DNA from: Candidatus Aminicenantes bacterium
GTDB lineage: Bacteria > Acidobacteriota > Aminicenantia > Aminicenantales > Saccharicenantaceae
Assembly: GCA_041320535.1 (NCBI GenBank)
Contig: JBGLNH010000001.1
Coordinates: 1,210,490-1,274,489 of the forward strand
Direction of reading: 5' to 3'
DNA: 64,000 bases
Position numbers and translations under genes: made by a program. The notes under the pieces are model-generated. The model searched no databases, had not been told where the DNA came from, and saw nothing but the letters and a program-made list of their open reading frames with translations. Positions within the stretch are counted from its first letter, which is position 1. Each line of letters starts with the position of its first letter. This document shows, piece after piece, positions 1 to 8,718 of the stretch.

Positions 1-726
1 CTTGCAGGCCATGCCCCAGCCGGCGTCCTTCATCCAGTAGGTGTACCAGAGCAGGGTCGGGCCGCCGCCGACCCAGGCCAGGGTCGAGCCGAGGATCCAC
101 CAGTTCATCTTGTCCGGGATGTCCCAGAAGACGGCGTGGCGGGCGATGTCCGCGACGGTCCCCGCCTTGATGGTCGTCACGGCGGCGACGATGAGCAGGC
201 CCCAGGCGAAGAGCGTCGCGGCGGTGGCCATGCGCTCGATCCAGCTGCGGGCCACTTTCGACAGGAAGATGACGGCGAAGACGAGCAGGAACGAGACGTA
301 GGCCCAGAAGACCGTGCCGATCTCGGTCGAGGCCGGCCACTTGATCAGCTCCATCAGGGCCGTGGCCGCGACGCTGGCCCAGGCCGGGATGGCGAAGCCG
401 ATGAACATGAAGAAAGTGATGGAGACGAGCGCGCCGATGCGCGAGATGACCCGGGCGTTGAACTTGACCCCGTGCTCGCCGGTCAGGACGGTCCAGCGGG
501 CCATCTGCTGGGCCCAGACCGTCTGGAAGACGAGCGACAGGACCATCATCCCGATCCAGCCCGTGCCGAACTCGGCCGTCAGGCGCGGGTAGAGGATGAG
601 CTCGCTCGTGCCCAGGCCGAGGGCGGTCGTCATCATGACCGGGCCGATGTAGACCATGAACTTCTTGAGGGGGAGCGGTTCGGGGACGTGAGGATCGACT
701 TCGCAGTCCTTGCCCAGGATCTTCAT
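1..726 (-). CDS. NRAMP-like divalent-metal transporter, N-terminal 242 codons (3' end lies beyond window start)
   Basis: Own translation from ATG at 726-724: MKILGKDCEV..KKFMVYIGPVMMTTALGLGTSELILYPRLTAEFGTGWIGMMVL.. A series of hydrophobic helices, open to position 1. Absent from the ORF track because there is no stop in the window. Confidence 0.6.
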   Translation of the reverse strand, partial: MKILGKDCEVDPHVPEPLPLKKFMVYIGPVMMTTALGLGTSELILYPRLTAEFGTGWIGMMVLSLVFQTVWAQQMARWTVLTGEHGVKFNARVISRIGALVSITFFMFIGFAIPAWASVAATALMELIKWPASTEIGTVFWAYVSFLLVFAVIFLSKVARSWIERMATAATLFAWGLLIVAAVTTIKAGTVADIARHAVFWDIPDKMNWWILGSTLAWVGGGPTLLWYTYWMKDAGWGMACK

Positions 727-799
727 GGGCCGAAGATAGCACCGGCCGAAGACGGGCGTCAAGCGGATCGGCGCCCGAAGGGGCCCGGCCGGCCGGGGC

Positions 800-828
800 T
801 TGACAGCGTTGCGGCCGCGTCGGACAAT
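800..828 (+). promoter_or_regulatory. sigma70-type promoter candidate, TTGACA-17 nt-GACAAT
   Basis: TTGACA at 800-805 and GACAAT at 823-828, followed by RBS GAGGAGG and ATG at 876. Confidence 0.4.
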
Positions 829-875
829 GCGGGCATCGAGGAACGGCGCTCGCCGCCGACGAGAGGAGGCTTCCG

Positions 876-941
876 ATGGAATTCGTCAGATCCCTGCGCA
901 TCCCGGCGTCCGACAAGGTCTCGCTCCTGGGCCATGAGGGC
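876..941 (+). pseudogene. 5' stub (about 22 codons) of an unidentified gene, cut at a breakpoint
   Basis: Good promoter, RBS and ATG give MEFVRSLRIPASDKVSLLGHEG. The frame then runs antisense into the FAD gene, and the rest of the listed 441-aa ORF is Arg/Gly/Pro-rich shadow sequence. Confidence 0.35.
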
Positions 942-2063
942 CCCCGAGCGCTCGAGGTAGCCGAAGGCCTCGGGGGCCAGGAGCCGGGGTTCGAAGGCCC
1001 GGAGCCGGGCGTCGCCGCGCGGGTCGCTCCGGAAGTCGAGGAAGACGCGGCGCCCCTTGACCACCGTCTCCTCGTAGACCAGGACGTCGACGAGCGACGA
1101 GCCGCCGCCGGCGGCCTTGCGGGGGTCGAACGGCCACTGGTAGCCCTTCAGGAAGACGGCCGTGGCCAGCCGGCCCATGTCGGGGAAGAAGTCGTTGAGG
1201 AACTCCCGCTCGTCGCCGCCGCGCGCGTCCGTCGAGACGTAGCGGGGCACGGCCTGCTGGTAGGTGCCGGAGACGTTCCAGCGGAACTTCGTCGAGGCCA
1301 GCCCGTGCTGCGACTCGGTCAGGTTGTGGGCCGCGGCGCCGGCCTCGAAGAGCAGGCCGTGGGAGCCGGCCTGGTCCGCCGGGTAGACCGAGTGTTCGTA
1401 CATCCCGCCCGGCCCGCCCGTGGCGGCGACGACGCTCACGGCGTTGAAGAGGACGAAGCCGCGCCCGGGGCGGTCGAGCTTCGTCCGGTCGAGGGCGGCG
1501 AGGCCGACGGCCCTCTTCGCCTCGCCCTTCCCGGCCGTGAGCAGGGCCACGGCCTGGTGGCCGTCGAAGACGCGGATCCCGCGGCGGCGGACCTCGGCGG
1601 CCAACCGCTCGAACATCAGCCTCGACGTCAGCGGTCCGGCGGAGGTGGCCCGCCGGCGCGGATCGTGGTCGGTCTTGTACCCGACGTAGGCGCCGTAGCG
1701 GTCGTGGGGGAAGGGGACCCCCAGGCCGACGAGGTGGAAGAAGGCTTCGGCCGAGCCCTGGGCCTCGGCCAGGGCGATGTCGCCGTGCATCGAGCCCCCG
1801 GCGGAGAGGTCCCGGGCCATGTCGAACGGCGAGTCGGCCAAGTCGCCGGCGAGCGAGAGCTTGTAGTAGGTCTGCTTGTCGGAGCCGGAGTTGGCCGAGG
1901 TCCCCGCCCCGAAGCGCTCGGTGACCACGGCGACGTCGGTCTGCCCGTGCTCGTGGAGCCTCACGGCGGCGTTGAGCCCGGCCGCCCCGCTGCCGACGAC
2001 GACGGTGTTCAGGGAATGGAGCGGATAGGAACGGCCGCCGATCCGGACCCGGGTCGTTCTCAT
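942..2063 (-). CDS. FAD-dependent oxidoreductase (fumarate reductase/succinate dehydrogenase flavoprotein-like), 3'-truncated near 942
   Basis: ORF 759..2063. N-terminal dinucleotide-binding motif VVVGSGAAGLNAAVRL. Sensible sequence runs to ..EAFGYLERSGA. The last ~60 codons of the ORF are antisense of the 876 stub. Confidence 0.75.
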
Positions 2064-3373
2064 CGGTACTCCGGGTCCCGGACGGCGCAGCCCACGCGTT
2101 CCTGCCGGCGCAGGAGGTGCGAGCAGAGCGAGCAGGTCGTGCAGACCTTGCGGGGATCGAGCCGCCCTTCGCGGACGAGGTCACGGGCGAAGTCCGGGTA
2201 GGCCAGGGCGCCGCGCCCCCAGCCGACGACGGCCGTGCGCCCCTCGGCCACCATGGCCGCGCCGACCCCCGGCCCGCAGGCCCGGAGCCAGGAGTAGCCG
2301 GCGCCGACGATGGCGACCCGCGGCGCCGCGAGCTGCAGCTCCGAGGCCAGTCGCAGATGGCGGGCGACGCCCTCGAGCGGATGCTCCGGCGGGACCTGGC
2401 CCTCGGGAACGGGCTCGTCGAACGGGCGCCCGTAGTGGGGCTTCCAGGCGGGGACGCCCAGCGACAGGGCCAGGAAGCCGACGCCCGCGCCGGCCAGCCG
2501 GCCGATGAGCGCCTTGGTCTCGGTGAGGTCGATCCTCTCCGGGGCGTCGGGGTCCATGCCGAACCCGCAGGGGAAGGGGACCATGTCGGTCGCCGAGAGC
2601 CGGCAGGTGACGACGCGCCCGGGGATCTCCTCGCGGATGAGACCGACCGTCTCGAGGAGGAGGCGGGCCCGGTTCTCGAACGGCCCCCCGTACCGGCTGT
2701 CCTCCCGTTCGTGGGCGGCCAGGGTCTCGGAGACGAGATAGCCGTGACAGGCCTTGACGTCGACGCCGTCGAAGCCGGCCGCCGAGGCCAGGCCGGCCGC
2801 CTCGACGAAATCGTCCCGGATCGAGCCGAGCTCGCTGTCGGGGACGAGCGGATAGTCGGGCGCGAGGCCGTGGATCGGGTCGAGGTGGGGATTGTGCTGG
2901 ACGATCCTCGGCCGGGGCTTGCCCTCGGGCTTGGAGAACCGGCCGGAGTGCGTCAGCTGGAGGACGAGGAGGGGCCGGTGCCCGGCGCCCCAGGCGCTCT
3001 TCGCCGCGGCCCGCGTCTCGTCGACGAGCTTGGCGAAGGCGCCGACCGTCCGCTCGTCGATCAGGAGCTGGCGGGGGTTGGAGCGCCCCTCGGGGCGGAC
3101 GGCCGTGGCTTCGACCCAGATGAGCCCGGCGCCGCCGGCGGCGTAGGCGCGGTAGCGGCGGAGGGTCGGGTCCGACGGGCCGCCCTCGGGCCCGGCGTCG
3201 GCCGCCTCCATGGGCAGGACGGCCAGGCGGTTGGGGACCGCGCGCCCGGCGAGCGTGACGGGCTCGAGAAGGGGGGAGACGTCCTCCCGGAAGGGAATGT
3301 CGAGGCCGAGCCGGCCCGCCTCGGCGAGGAGGCCCGCGGCGGAGCGGAAACGGAACTTCGCGTGGGCCGCCAT
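2060..3373 (-). CDS. NADH:flavin oxidoreductase, Old Yellow Enzyme family, with C-terminal 4-Cys motif
   Basis: 437-aa ORF with OYE-like TIM-barrel motifs (LQLTHSGR, KACHGYLVSE). C-terminus is CTTCSLCSHLLRRQERVGC. Its stop overlaps the FAD gene start (ATGA at 2060-2063). Confidence 0.8.
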   Translation of the reverse strand: MAAHAKFRFRSAAGLLAEAGRLGLDIPFREDVSPLLEPVTLAGRAVPNRLAVLPMEAADAGPEGGPSDPTLRRYRAYAAGGAGLIWVEATAVRPEGRSNPRQLLIDERTVGAFAKLVDETRAAAKSAWGAGHRPLLVLQLTHSGRFSKPEGKPRPRIVQHNPHLDPIHGLAPDYPLVPDSELGSIRDDFVEAAGLASAAGFDGVDVKACHGYLVSETLAAHEREDSRYGGPFENRARLLLETVGLIREEIPGRVVTCRLSATDMVPFPCGFGMDPDAPERIDLTETKALIGRLAGAGVGFLALSLGVPAWKPHYGRPFDEPVPEGQVPPEHPLEGVARHLRLASELQLAAPRVAIVGAGYSWLRACGPGVGAAMVAEGRTAVVGWGRGALAYPDFARDLVREGRLDPRKVCTTCSLCSHLLRRQERVGCAVRDPEYR

Positions 3374-3379
3374 CGACGC

Positions 3380-4375
3380 CTACCGCGCGCGCCCCTCGAC
3401 GATCTTCCGGACGGCCCGGATGTCGCGCTTGACGCGCTCCGCGCAGACGGCCGGCCAGCGCTCCCGCGGCAGGACGGCCAGCTTCGAGGCGTCGACGAGG
3501 GCGCGGGTCTTGGCCGAGAGCCGGAGGAGGCGCGCGAGCTCGGGCACCGTGAGGTCCGGGAAGCGGGCCAGGAACTCCTCGTCGTAGACGGGGATGAGGA
3601 AGTCGCCGCCGTGGTCCTCGACGGTCAGGGTGATGCGGGGATGGACCGAGGCCAGGGCCTCGAAAACGGCCGCGAGGTCGACGACGCCCCGGCCCGCCTC
3701 GGCCGTGAAGGACACGAAGCCGTCGGCCGTGAGGGTCAGGCCGCCGTCCTTGACGTGGGTCGTCACGACCCAGGGCAGGAGCCGGCGCGTGGCCAGGACG
3801 GGGTCCTCGAGCATGGTCAGGAGGTTCATCGTGTCGAGGCAGACGCCCAGGTATTCGCCCGGGAGGGCGCCGCACATGTCGAAGAGCCGGAGGAGCTCGA
3901 AGGAGGTGAACTCGAAGTGGGTCTCGATGGCCAGGACGACGCCGAAGTCGCGGAGCATCGCCCGGTGCTCGCGCAGGGAGGCGGCCATGGCGCGGAGGAA
4001 GTCGTCCGTCGAGGGCGGGCCCTTCTTCCAGCGCATCAGGCCGCCGGAGCAGGAGCGGACCGTCGACGAGCCGAGGTGGAAGGCCTGCTCGGCCGCCTTG
4101 CGGTTGGCGGCGAAGATGTCCTTGGGCCTTCCCGTCGCGAGGTCGAGCGGGATGTGCTCCGCGCCGCCCCACTCGATGTAGAGGCGGTTCTCCCCGGCGT
4201 AGGCGCGCAGCTCCTGGAGGAAGGTCCGGTCGAGGGCCGTCCCCGGCGGGACGTTGACCTCGGAGAACTGGACTCCCTCGGCCTCGTTGAGGACGGCCCA
4301 CTCCAGGAGCTCGAACGGGGAGAGGTCGAGGGGCTTGAGGCTGTAGCTGTCGACTCCGACCTTGAGCTTGATCAT
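3380..4375 (-). CDS. xylose isomerase-like TIM-barrel protein (sugar phosphate isomerase/epimerase family)
   Basis: ORF 3380..4507. The likely start is the internal ATG at 4375 (MIKLKVGVDSYSL..) preceded by a GGACGGGG RBS. It ends 6 nt upstream of the OYE gene. Confidence 0.7.
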   Translation of the reverse strand: MIKLKVGVDSYSLKPLDLSPFELLEWAVLNEAEGVQFSEVNVPPGTALDRTFLQELRAYAGENRLYIEWGGAEHIPLDLATGRPKDIFAANRKAAEQAFHLGSSTVRSCSGGLMRWKKGPPSTDDFLRAMAASLREHRAMLRDFGVVLAIETHFEFTSFELLRLFDMCGALPGEYLGVCLDTMNLLTMLEDPVLATRRLLPWVVTTHVKDGGLTLTADGFVSFTAEAGRGVVDLAAVFEALASVHPRITLTVEDHGGDFLIPVYDEEFLARFPDLTVPELARLLRLSAKTRALVDASKLAVLPRERWPAVCAERVKRDIRAVRKIVEGRAR

Positions 4376-4589
4376 GGCCCCGTCCGGCGGCCTTATCATA
4401 TCAGCATCGGCCGCCGCTTGACCAGCCCCCGCGTTCGGGGTCAAGGCGCTGATGCCCCGAACGGGTCCTGTCCGGTGGCGTCCCCGTCCGGCTTCGGCTC
4501 CACCCATCCCCCCGTGGGGAACCCCTTCCGCGGATCGAGGTCATGACGAAATCGCCCTGGGCTTCGGATCGTTCCCCGACAACTCAGTC

Positions 4590-4618
4590 TTGAAAACCGG
4601 CCTGGGTTGGGTTATCCT
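4590..4618 (+). promoter_or_regulatory. sigma70-type promoter candidate, TTGAAA-17 nt-TATCCT
   Basis: Hexamers at 4590-4595 and 4613-4618, just upstream of or overlapping the start region of the 4607 ORF. The real start may be GTG at 4628. Confidence 0.35.
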
Positions 4619-5341
4619 TGCCTAACTGTGAACAAGGCGGCGCGTGCGCTCGGACTCGGGCTGGCCCTCCTGGGGGCGTCCGCCGGCGTCTGGGCGCAGT
4701 CCTCGCTCGTCAGCCAGATCGCCGGGGACAAGGCCGCCACGGACAGGCTCTCGTTCGGCCTGAAGCTCGGCCTGAGCTGCGGCCTCCTCTCCGGCGTCGA
4801 AACGGGCGACCGGATCGGCGGCTTCAACTTCGGGCTGGGCGCGACGGTCCGCCTCTCCGACCGGCTGGCCCTGGCCCCCGAGATCACCTTCTTCTCGCGC
4901 CGGGGCCTGACGGATATACCCTTCGTCACCACGGGCGACCCCGCCCTCGATCCCTATTTCGCCGAGCCGGAGAAGTCGGCCCTGGTGCTCGACTACCTCG
5001 AGGTCCCCGTGCTCGCGGTCTACCGCCTGGGCCGCTTCCGGGTCGGGGCCGGCGCCTTCGTCGGGTCCCTGTCCTCGGCCAGCGAGCGCTTCCTGGCCGA
5101 GCTCGAGACCGGCGCGGAGATCAAGCACTCGCGGGACGTCGCCGCGTCGTACCGGAAGCTCAACTACGGGCTCGTCGTCGAGGGCGCCTGGATCATCACC
5201 AAGCCGCGCCGCGGCGAGGGCCTCGTCTTCCACGTCCGCTATATGGGAGGATTGGCCGACGTCGTCAAGGACCCCGCCGCCGCCGGGCCGGTCCGGACGA
5301 CGGGCCTCCAGATCTTCCTGACCTTCCCGTTCATCCGCTAG
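4607..5341 (+). CDS. outer-membrane beta-barrel protein
   Basis: Signal peptide (..LALLGASAGVWAQSS), alternating beta-strand pattern, and a C-terminal aromatic motif (..FLTFPFIR). Confidence 0.6.
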   Translation: MGYPCLTVNKAARALGLGLALLGASAGVWAQSSLVSQIAGDKAATDRLSFGLKLGLSCGLLSGVETGDRIGGFNFGLGATVRLSDRLALAPEITFFSRRGLTDIPFVTTGDPALDPYFAEPEKSALVLDYLEVPVLAVYRLGRFRVGAGAFVGSLSSASERFLAELETGAEIKHSRDVAASYRKLNYGLVVEGAWIITKPRRGEGLVFHVRYMGGLADVVKDPAAAGPVRTTGLQIFLTFPFIR

Positions 5342-5357
5342 CCGAAGGAGGACCGAG

Positions 5358-5984
5358 ATGCTGAACGCCATGCAGGAGGCCCTGATCACGGGCAAGAAGG
5401 CCGAGGTCGAGGCCCTCGTCGACCAGGCCCTGGCCGCCGGGACGCCGGCCGCGAAGATCCTGAACGAAGGGCTCATCCCCGGGATGGAACGCCTCGGCGT
5501 CCAGTTCAAGAACAACGAGGTCTTCATCCCCGAGGTCCTCGTGGCCGCCCGGGCCATGCACGCCGGGCTGGCCATGCTCGAGCCCCGCCTGGCCAAGGAC
5601 GGCGTCAAGCCCCGCGGCGTGGTCGTCATCGGCACGGTCAAGGGCGACCTCCACGACATCGGCAAGAACCTCGTGGCCATGATGCTCCGGGGCAACGGCT
5701 ACAAGATCGTCGACCTCGGCGTCGACGTCGCCCCCGAGAAATATCTCGAGGCGGCCAAGGCCAACGGGGCCGGGGCCATCGCCCTCTCGGCCCTGCTGAC
5801 GACGACGATGGTCCAGATGAAGAACGTCGTCGACGCCGTCGGCAAGTCCGGGCTCGGCGTCCCCGTCGTCATCGGCGGCGCGCCCGTCACCCGCGACTAC
5901 GCCGACCAGATCGGGGCCCACGGCTACGCGCCCGACGCCGCCTCGGCGGTCGAGGAGATCGGCCGGCTCATCGCCGCTCCATGA
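5358..5984 (+). CDS. cobalamin-binding corrinoid protein (MtaC/MtbC-like)
   Basis: 208 aa. N-terminal helical cap plus a B12-binding Rossmann domain with the DxHxxG motif (GDLHDIGKN). Confidence 0.85.
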   Translation: MLNAMQEALITGKKAEVEALVDQALAAGTPAAKILNEGLIPGMERLGVQFKNNEVFIPEVLVAARAMHAGLAMLEPRLAKDGVKPRGVVVIGTVKGDLHDIGKNLVAMMLRGNGYKIVDLGVDVAPEKYLEAAKANGAGAIALSALLTTTMVQMKNVVDAVGKSGLGVPVVIGGAPVTRDYADQIGAHGYAPDAASAVEEIGRLIAAP

Positions 5985-6985
5985 CCTCGCGCGAGCTCGT
6001 CGTCGACTGCCTCGAATTCCGCGACCCGCCCCGCGTCCCCCGGCAGCTCTGGACCCTGCCCTGGGCCGAGTCGGCCTGGCCCGCGGAGCTGGCCGCCATC
6101 CGCGAGCGCTTTCCCGACGACATCGTCACCAGCCCCCACTTCCTGCGCGAGCCGCTGCGGACGTCGGGCGAGGAATACGGCCCGGGGCCCTACGTCGACG
6201 AGTGGGGCTGCCGGTTCGAGAGCGCCCAGAGCGGCATCATCGGGCAGGTCAAGGAGGCGCGGGTCCGGAGCTGGGCGGACGTCGACGGGCTCCGCGTGCC
6301 CCGGGAGCGGCTGAGCGTCGACCTCGGGAAGGTCGACGATTTCTGCGCCCGCTCGCGGGCCTTCGTCCTGTCCAAGGCCTGGATCCGGCCTTTCGAGCTC
6401 GTCCAGTTCCTGCGCGGCCCGGAGACGCTCTACGTGGACCTCGTCGAGCGCCCCGAAGGCCTCTTCCGGCTCCTCGACCGCGTCCACTCCTTTTATAAGG
6501 AGGAGCTCGAGCTCTGGGCCTCGACCGACGTCGACGGCCTCGTCTTCGCCGACGACTGGGGCGGCCAGTCGTCCCTCCTCGTCTCGCCCGCGCTGTGGCG
6601 GGACATATTCAAGCCCGTCTACAGGGACTACGTCGAGATCGCCCACCGCCACGGCAAGTACGCCTTCATGCACTCCGACGGGCACATCGCCGCGATCCTG
6701 CCGGACCTCGTCGAGATCGGGGTCGACGCCCTCAACGCCCAGCTCTTCTGCATGGACGTCGAGGCGATCGGCCGGAGCTTCGCGGGGAAGCTGACGTTCT
6801 GGGGGGAGGTCGACCGCCAGCGCCTCCTGCCCTACGGCACGCCGGCCGAGGTCGCCGCGGCGGTCCGGACGGCCCGCCGGGCCCTCTGGCGGGGGGGCGG
6901 GGCCATCGCCCAGTGCGAGTTCGGCATCGGCGCCCGGCCGGAGAACGTCGCCGCCGTGTTCGAGGCCTGGGAGGCTTTGACCTGA
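5981..6985 (+). CDS. uroporphyrinogen-decarboxylase-family methyltransferase (MtaA/MtbA-like)
   Basis: 334 aa with URO-D-like sequence features. Its start overlaps the corrinoid gene stop (ATGA at 5981-5984). Confidence 0.7.
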   Translation: MTSRELVVDCLEFRDPPRVPRQLWTLPWAESAWPAELAAIRERFPDDIVTSPHFLREPLRTSGEEYGPGPYVDEWGCRFESAQSGIIGQVKEARVRSWADVDGLRVPRERLSVDLGKVDDFCARSRAFVLSKAWIRPFELVQFLRGPETLYVDLVERPEGLFRLLDRVHSFYKEELELWASTDVDGLVFADDWGGQSSLLVSPALWRDIFKPVYRDYVEIAHRHGKYAFMHSDGHIAAILPDLVEIGVDALNAQLFCMDVEAIGRSFAGKLTFWGEVDRQRLLPYGTPAEVAAAVRTARRALWRGGGAIAQCEFGIGARPENVAAVFEAWEALT

Positions 6986-7057
6986 AAAAGAGTGTGCTAT
7001 AATCGTGGTGGTTTTGTTCATTCCATTGAACGGGCCGACGGGCCCGGGGAGGACGGC

Positions 7058-7954
7058 ATGAAGAGACTTATCGTGGCCCTCATCGCGGTAGCGGCCGCCG
7101 GACTGCTTTTCGCGGGCTCCGGCGCGCCCGACGACATGGTCATCGAGAGCCTGTGGCAGCCGACGCCCATGACCATCGACGGCGTCGCCCAGGAGTGGGA
7201 AAGCTCGGAGCCCGTCTTCGACGACGGCTCCCAGGTCCAGTACGCCCTGAGGAACGACGGCAAGAACCTCTACATCATCATGGTCTTCCGCAGCCCCCAG
7301 CCCGGTTCCCGCTCCAAGGTCTTTCCCAAGTCGACCCTCGACTACACGGGCATGAGGATCTACTTCACGACCGGGACGAAGAAGAGCAAGGACTACGGCA
7401 TCCTGTTCCAGAAGAAGCAATACACGGCCGACGCGCTCATCGCCAACATGGAGAAGCGGGGCCAGGCCCTCTCCGAGGCCGAGAAGGCCGAGATCCGCAA
7501 GAAAGAGACCCACATCGTCTTCACCGAAGAGATCATCAAGCCTAAGAAGGCGGGGGCCCCCGAAGGCGGACCGGGCGAGTCCGATTCCCCGATGTTCCGG
7601 GCCATCGAGAAGGGGCCCCTGGCGGTCCACGAGTTCAGGATCCCCCTCAACCGCGTCCAGGCGCTGGGCGGGATCGACGCCAAGCCCGGGCAGCAGATCC
7701 TCGTCGGCTTCGAATGGGGCGGCATGACCAACCAGATCATGCGCGACATGATGGCGGGGCGCGCCGACCAGAGCGTCGGGGCCCGCAGCTCGGCCACCGA
7801 AGCGCGGGCCGGCAGCGCCGACCAGCTGGCCGGCGGCGGCGAGGCCGGCGGCGAGATCCAGGGCATGGGCAGCGGGACGGGCGACATCCGCCGCGACAAC
7901 CGCTACCAGAAGCACGCCTTCTGGATCACCGCCAAGCTGGCGGCGGAAAAATAG
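7058..7954 (+). CDS. secreted hypothetical protein (weak CBM9/DOMON-like N-terminal region, Gly-rich C-terminus)
   Basis: ORF 6992..7954. The best start is ATG at 7058 after RBS GGGGAGGA. Signal peptide MKRLIVALIAVAAAGLLFAGSG. Contains a motif of the type IDG..EW...NDGKNLYI. Confidence 0.6.
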   Translation: MKRLIVALIAVAAAGLLFAGSGAPDDMVIESLWQPTPMTIDGVAQEWESSEPVFDDGSQVQYALRNDGKNLYIIMVFRSPQPGSRSKVFPKSTLDYTGMRIYFTTGTKKSKDYGILFQKKQYTADALIANMEKRGQALSEAEKAEIRKKETHIVFTEEIIKPKKAGAPEGGPGESDSPMFRAIEKGPLAVHEFRIPLNRVQALGGIDAKPGQQILVGFEWGGMTNQIMRDMMAGRADQSVGARSSATEARAGSADQLAGGGEAGGEIQGMGSGTGDIRRDNRYQKHAFWITAKLAAEK

Positions 7955-8046
7955 TTCGGGGACACGATACCCATTTCCGGATTTCCCTGACGGGCGGGCG
8001 TCTGCTCGTTCACCCGAGAGAGAAGCCGGGGGAATGGTGTTCCCTT

Positions 8047-8130
8047 TTAAAAAGGACCGGAGGCGAGCCAGGCGCCGGCGAAGGCCAGGACGACGGCCGC
8101 GATCTTCCAGCCCGTCAGCGTCCGCTCGCC
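8047..8130 (-). pseudogene. 3' stub (last helix) of a membrane-protein gene, EamA/DMT-like
   Basis: Reads GERTLTGWKIAAVVLAFAGAWLASGPF* with nothing sensible upstream of 8130. Confidence 0.4.
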
Positions 8131-8718
8131 GACGCCGCGTTCGTCCGCGCCGCCGGCGATCTCGTCCGCGCCAAGCGCGAGCTGGCCGAGGCCATGCTCG
8201 GACGTGAGGCCCGCGGCTCTCTCTCGCCCGCGGCCTGCCTGGCCGAGGTCCGGCGGCGCATGTCGGCCTGCGGCGCGGCCGTCCGCGGGCCCGGCGAGGT
8301 CGCCGAAGAGAGGGTCCGCGCCCGCGAGCTCTGGCTCCGGGCCGGGCGAGAGCTCCGCGCCCCGTCGCCCCGGGGCCTGCCGGGGGCCTTCAAAGCGCTC
8401 GACGTCGCCCTGGCCCACGCCGTCTATCTCGAGGCCATCGCCGAGTACCTCGCGCGGGGCGGCAGGAGCCGGGGCTCGTACCTCGTCCCCGACCCGGCCG
8501 GCCGGCCGCCCCACCCGTCGCTCGGCGGGCGCTGGGCCTTCTCGCTCACGGAGCGCGGCGACTTCGCCGCCGAGAACATCCTGGAGGTCCGCCTCGACGG
8601 GGCGGGCCGCGTCCGCAAGCGCTGGGTCCCCGTCCGCCCCCTGCCGGCGGCCGAGGGCTGGTTCGAGACCGTCTGGGAAGACTGCCGCAACGACCGCGTC
8701 GTCGCCGAGGAGGAATGA
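8131..8718 (+). CDS. C-terminal ~195 codons of an FAD-oxidoreductase gene (5'-truncated at 8131)
   Basis: In the frame of ORF 7714..8718, sensible sequence begins DAAFVRAAGDLVRAKRELAEAM.. and ends ..WEDCRNDRVVAEEE. Its stop overlaps the SDR start (ATGA at 8715-8718). No start codon or RBS of its own. Confidence 0.55.
   Translation, partial: DAAFVRAAGDLVRAKRELAEAMLGREARGSLSPAACLAEVRRRMSACGAAVRGPGEVAEERVRARELWLRAGRELRAPSPRGLPGAFKALDVALAHAVYLEAIAEYLARGGRSRGSYLVPDPAGRPPHPSLGGRWAFSLTERGDFAAENILEVRLDGAGRVRKRWVPVRPLPAAEGWFETVWEDCRNDRVVAEEE

Noticed and set aside
7958-7971. GGGGACACGATACC as a fourth member of the hairpin family.
   Set aside because: Only the left arm is present, with one change, and no complementary arm follows. 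I mention it in the finding but do not annotate it.
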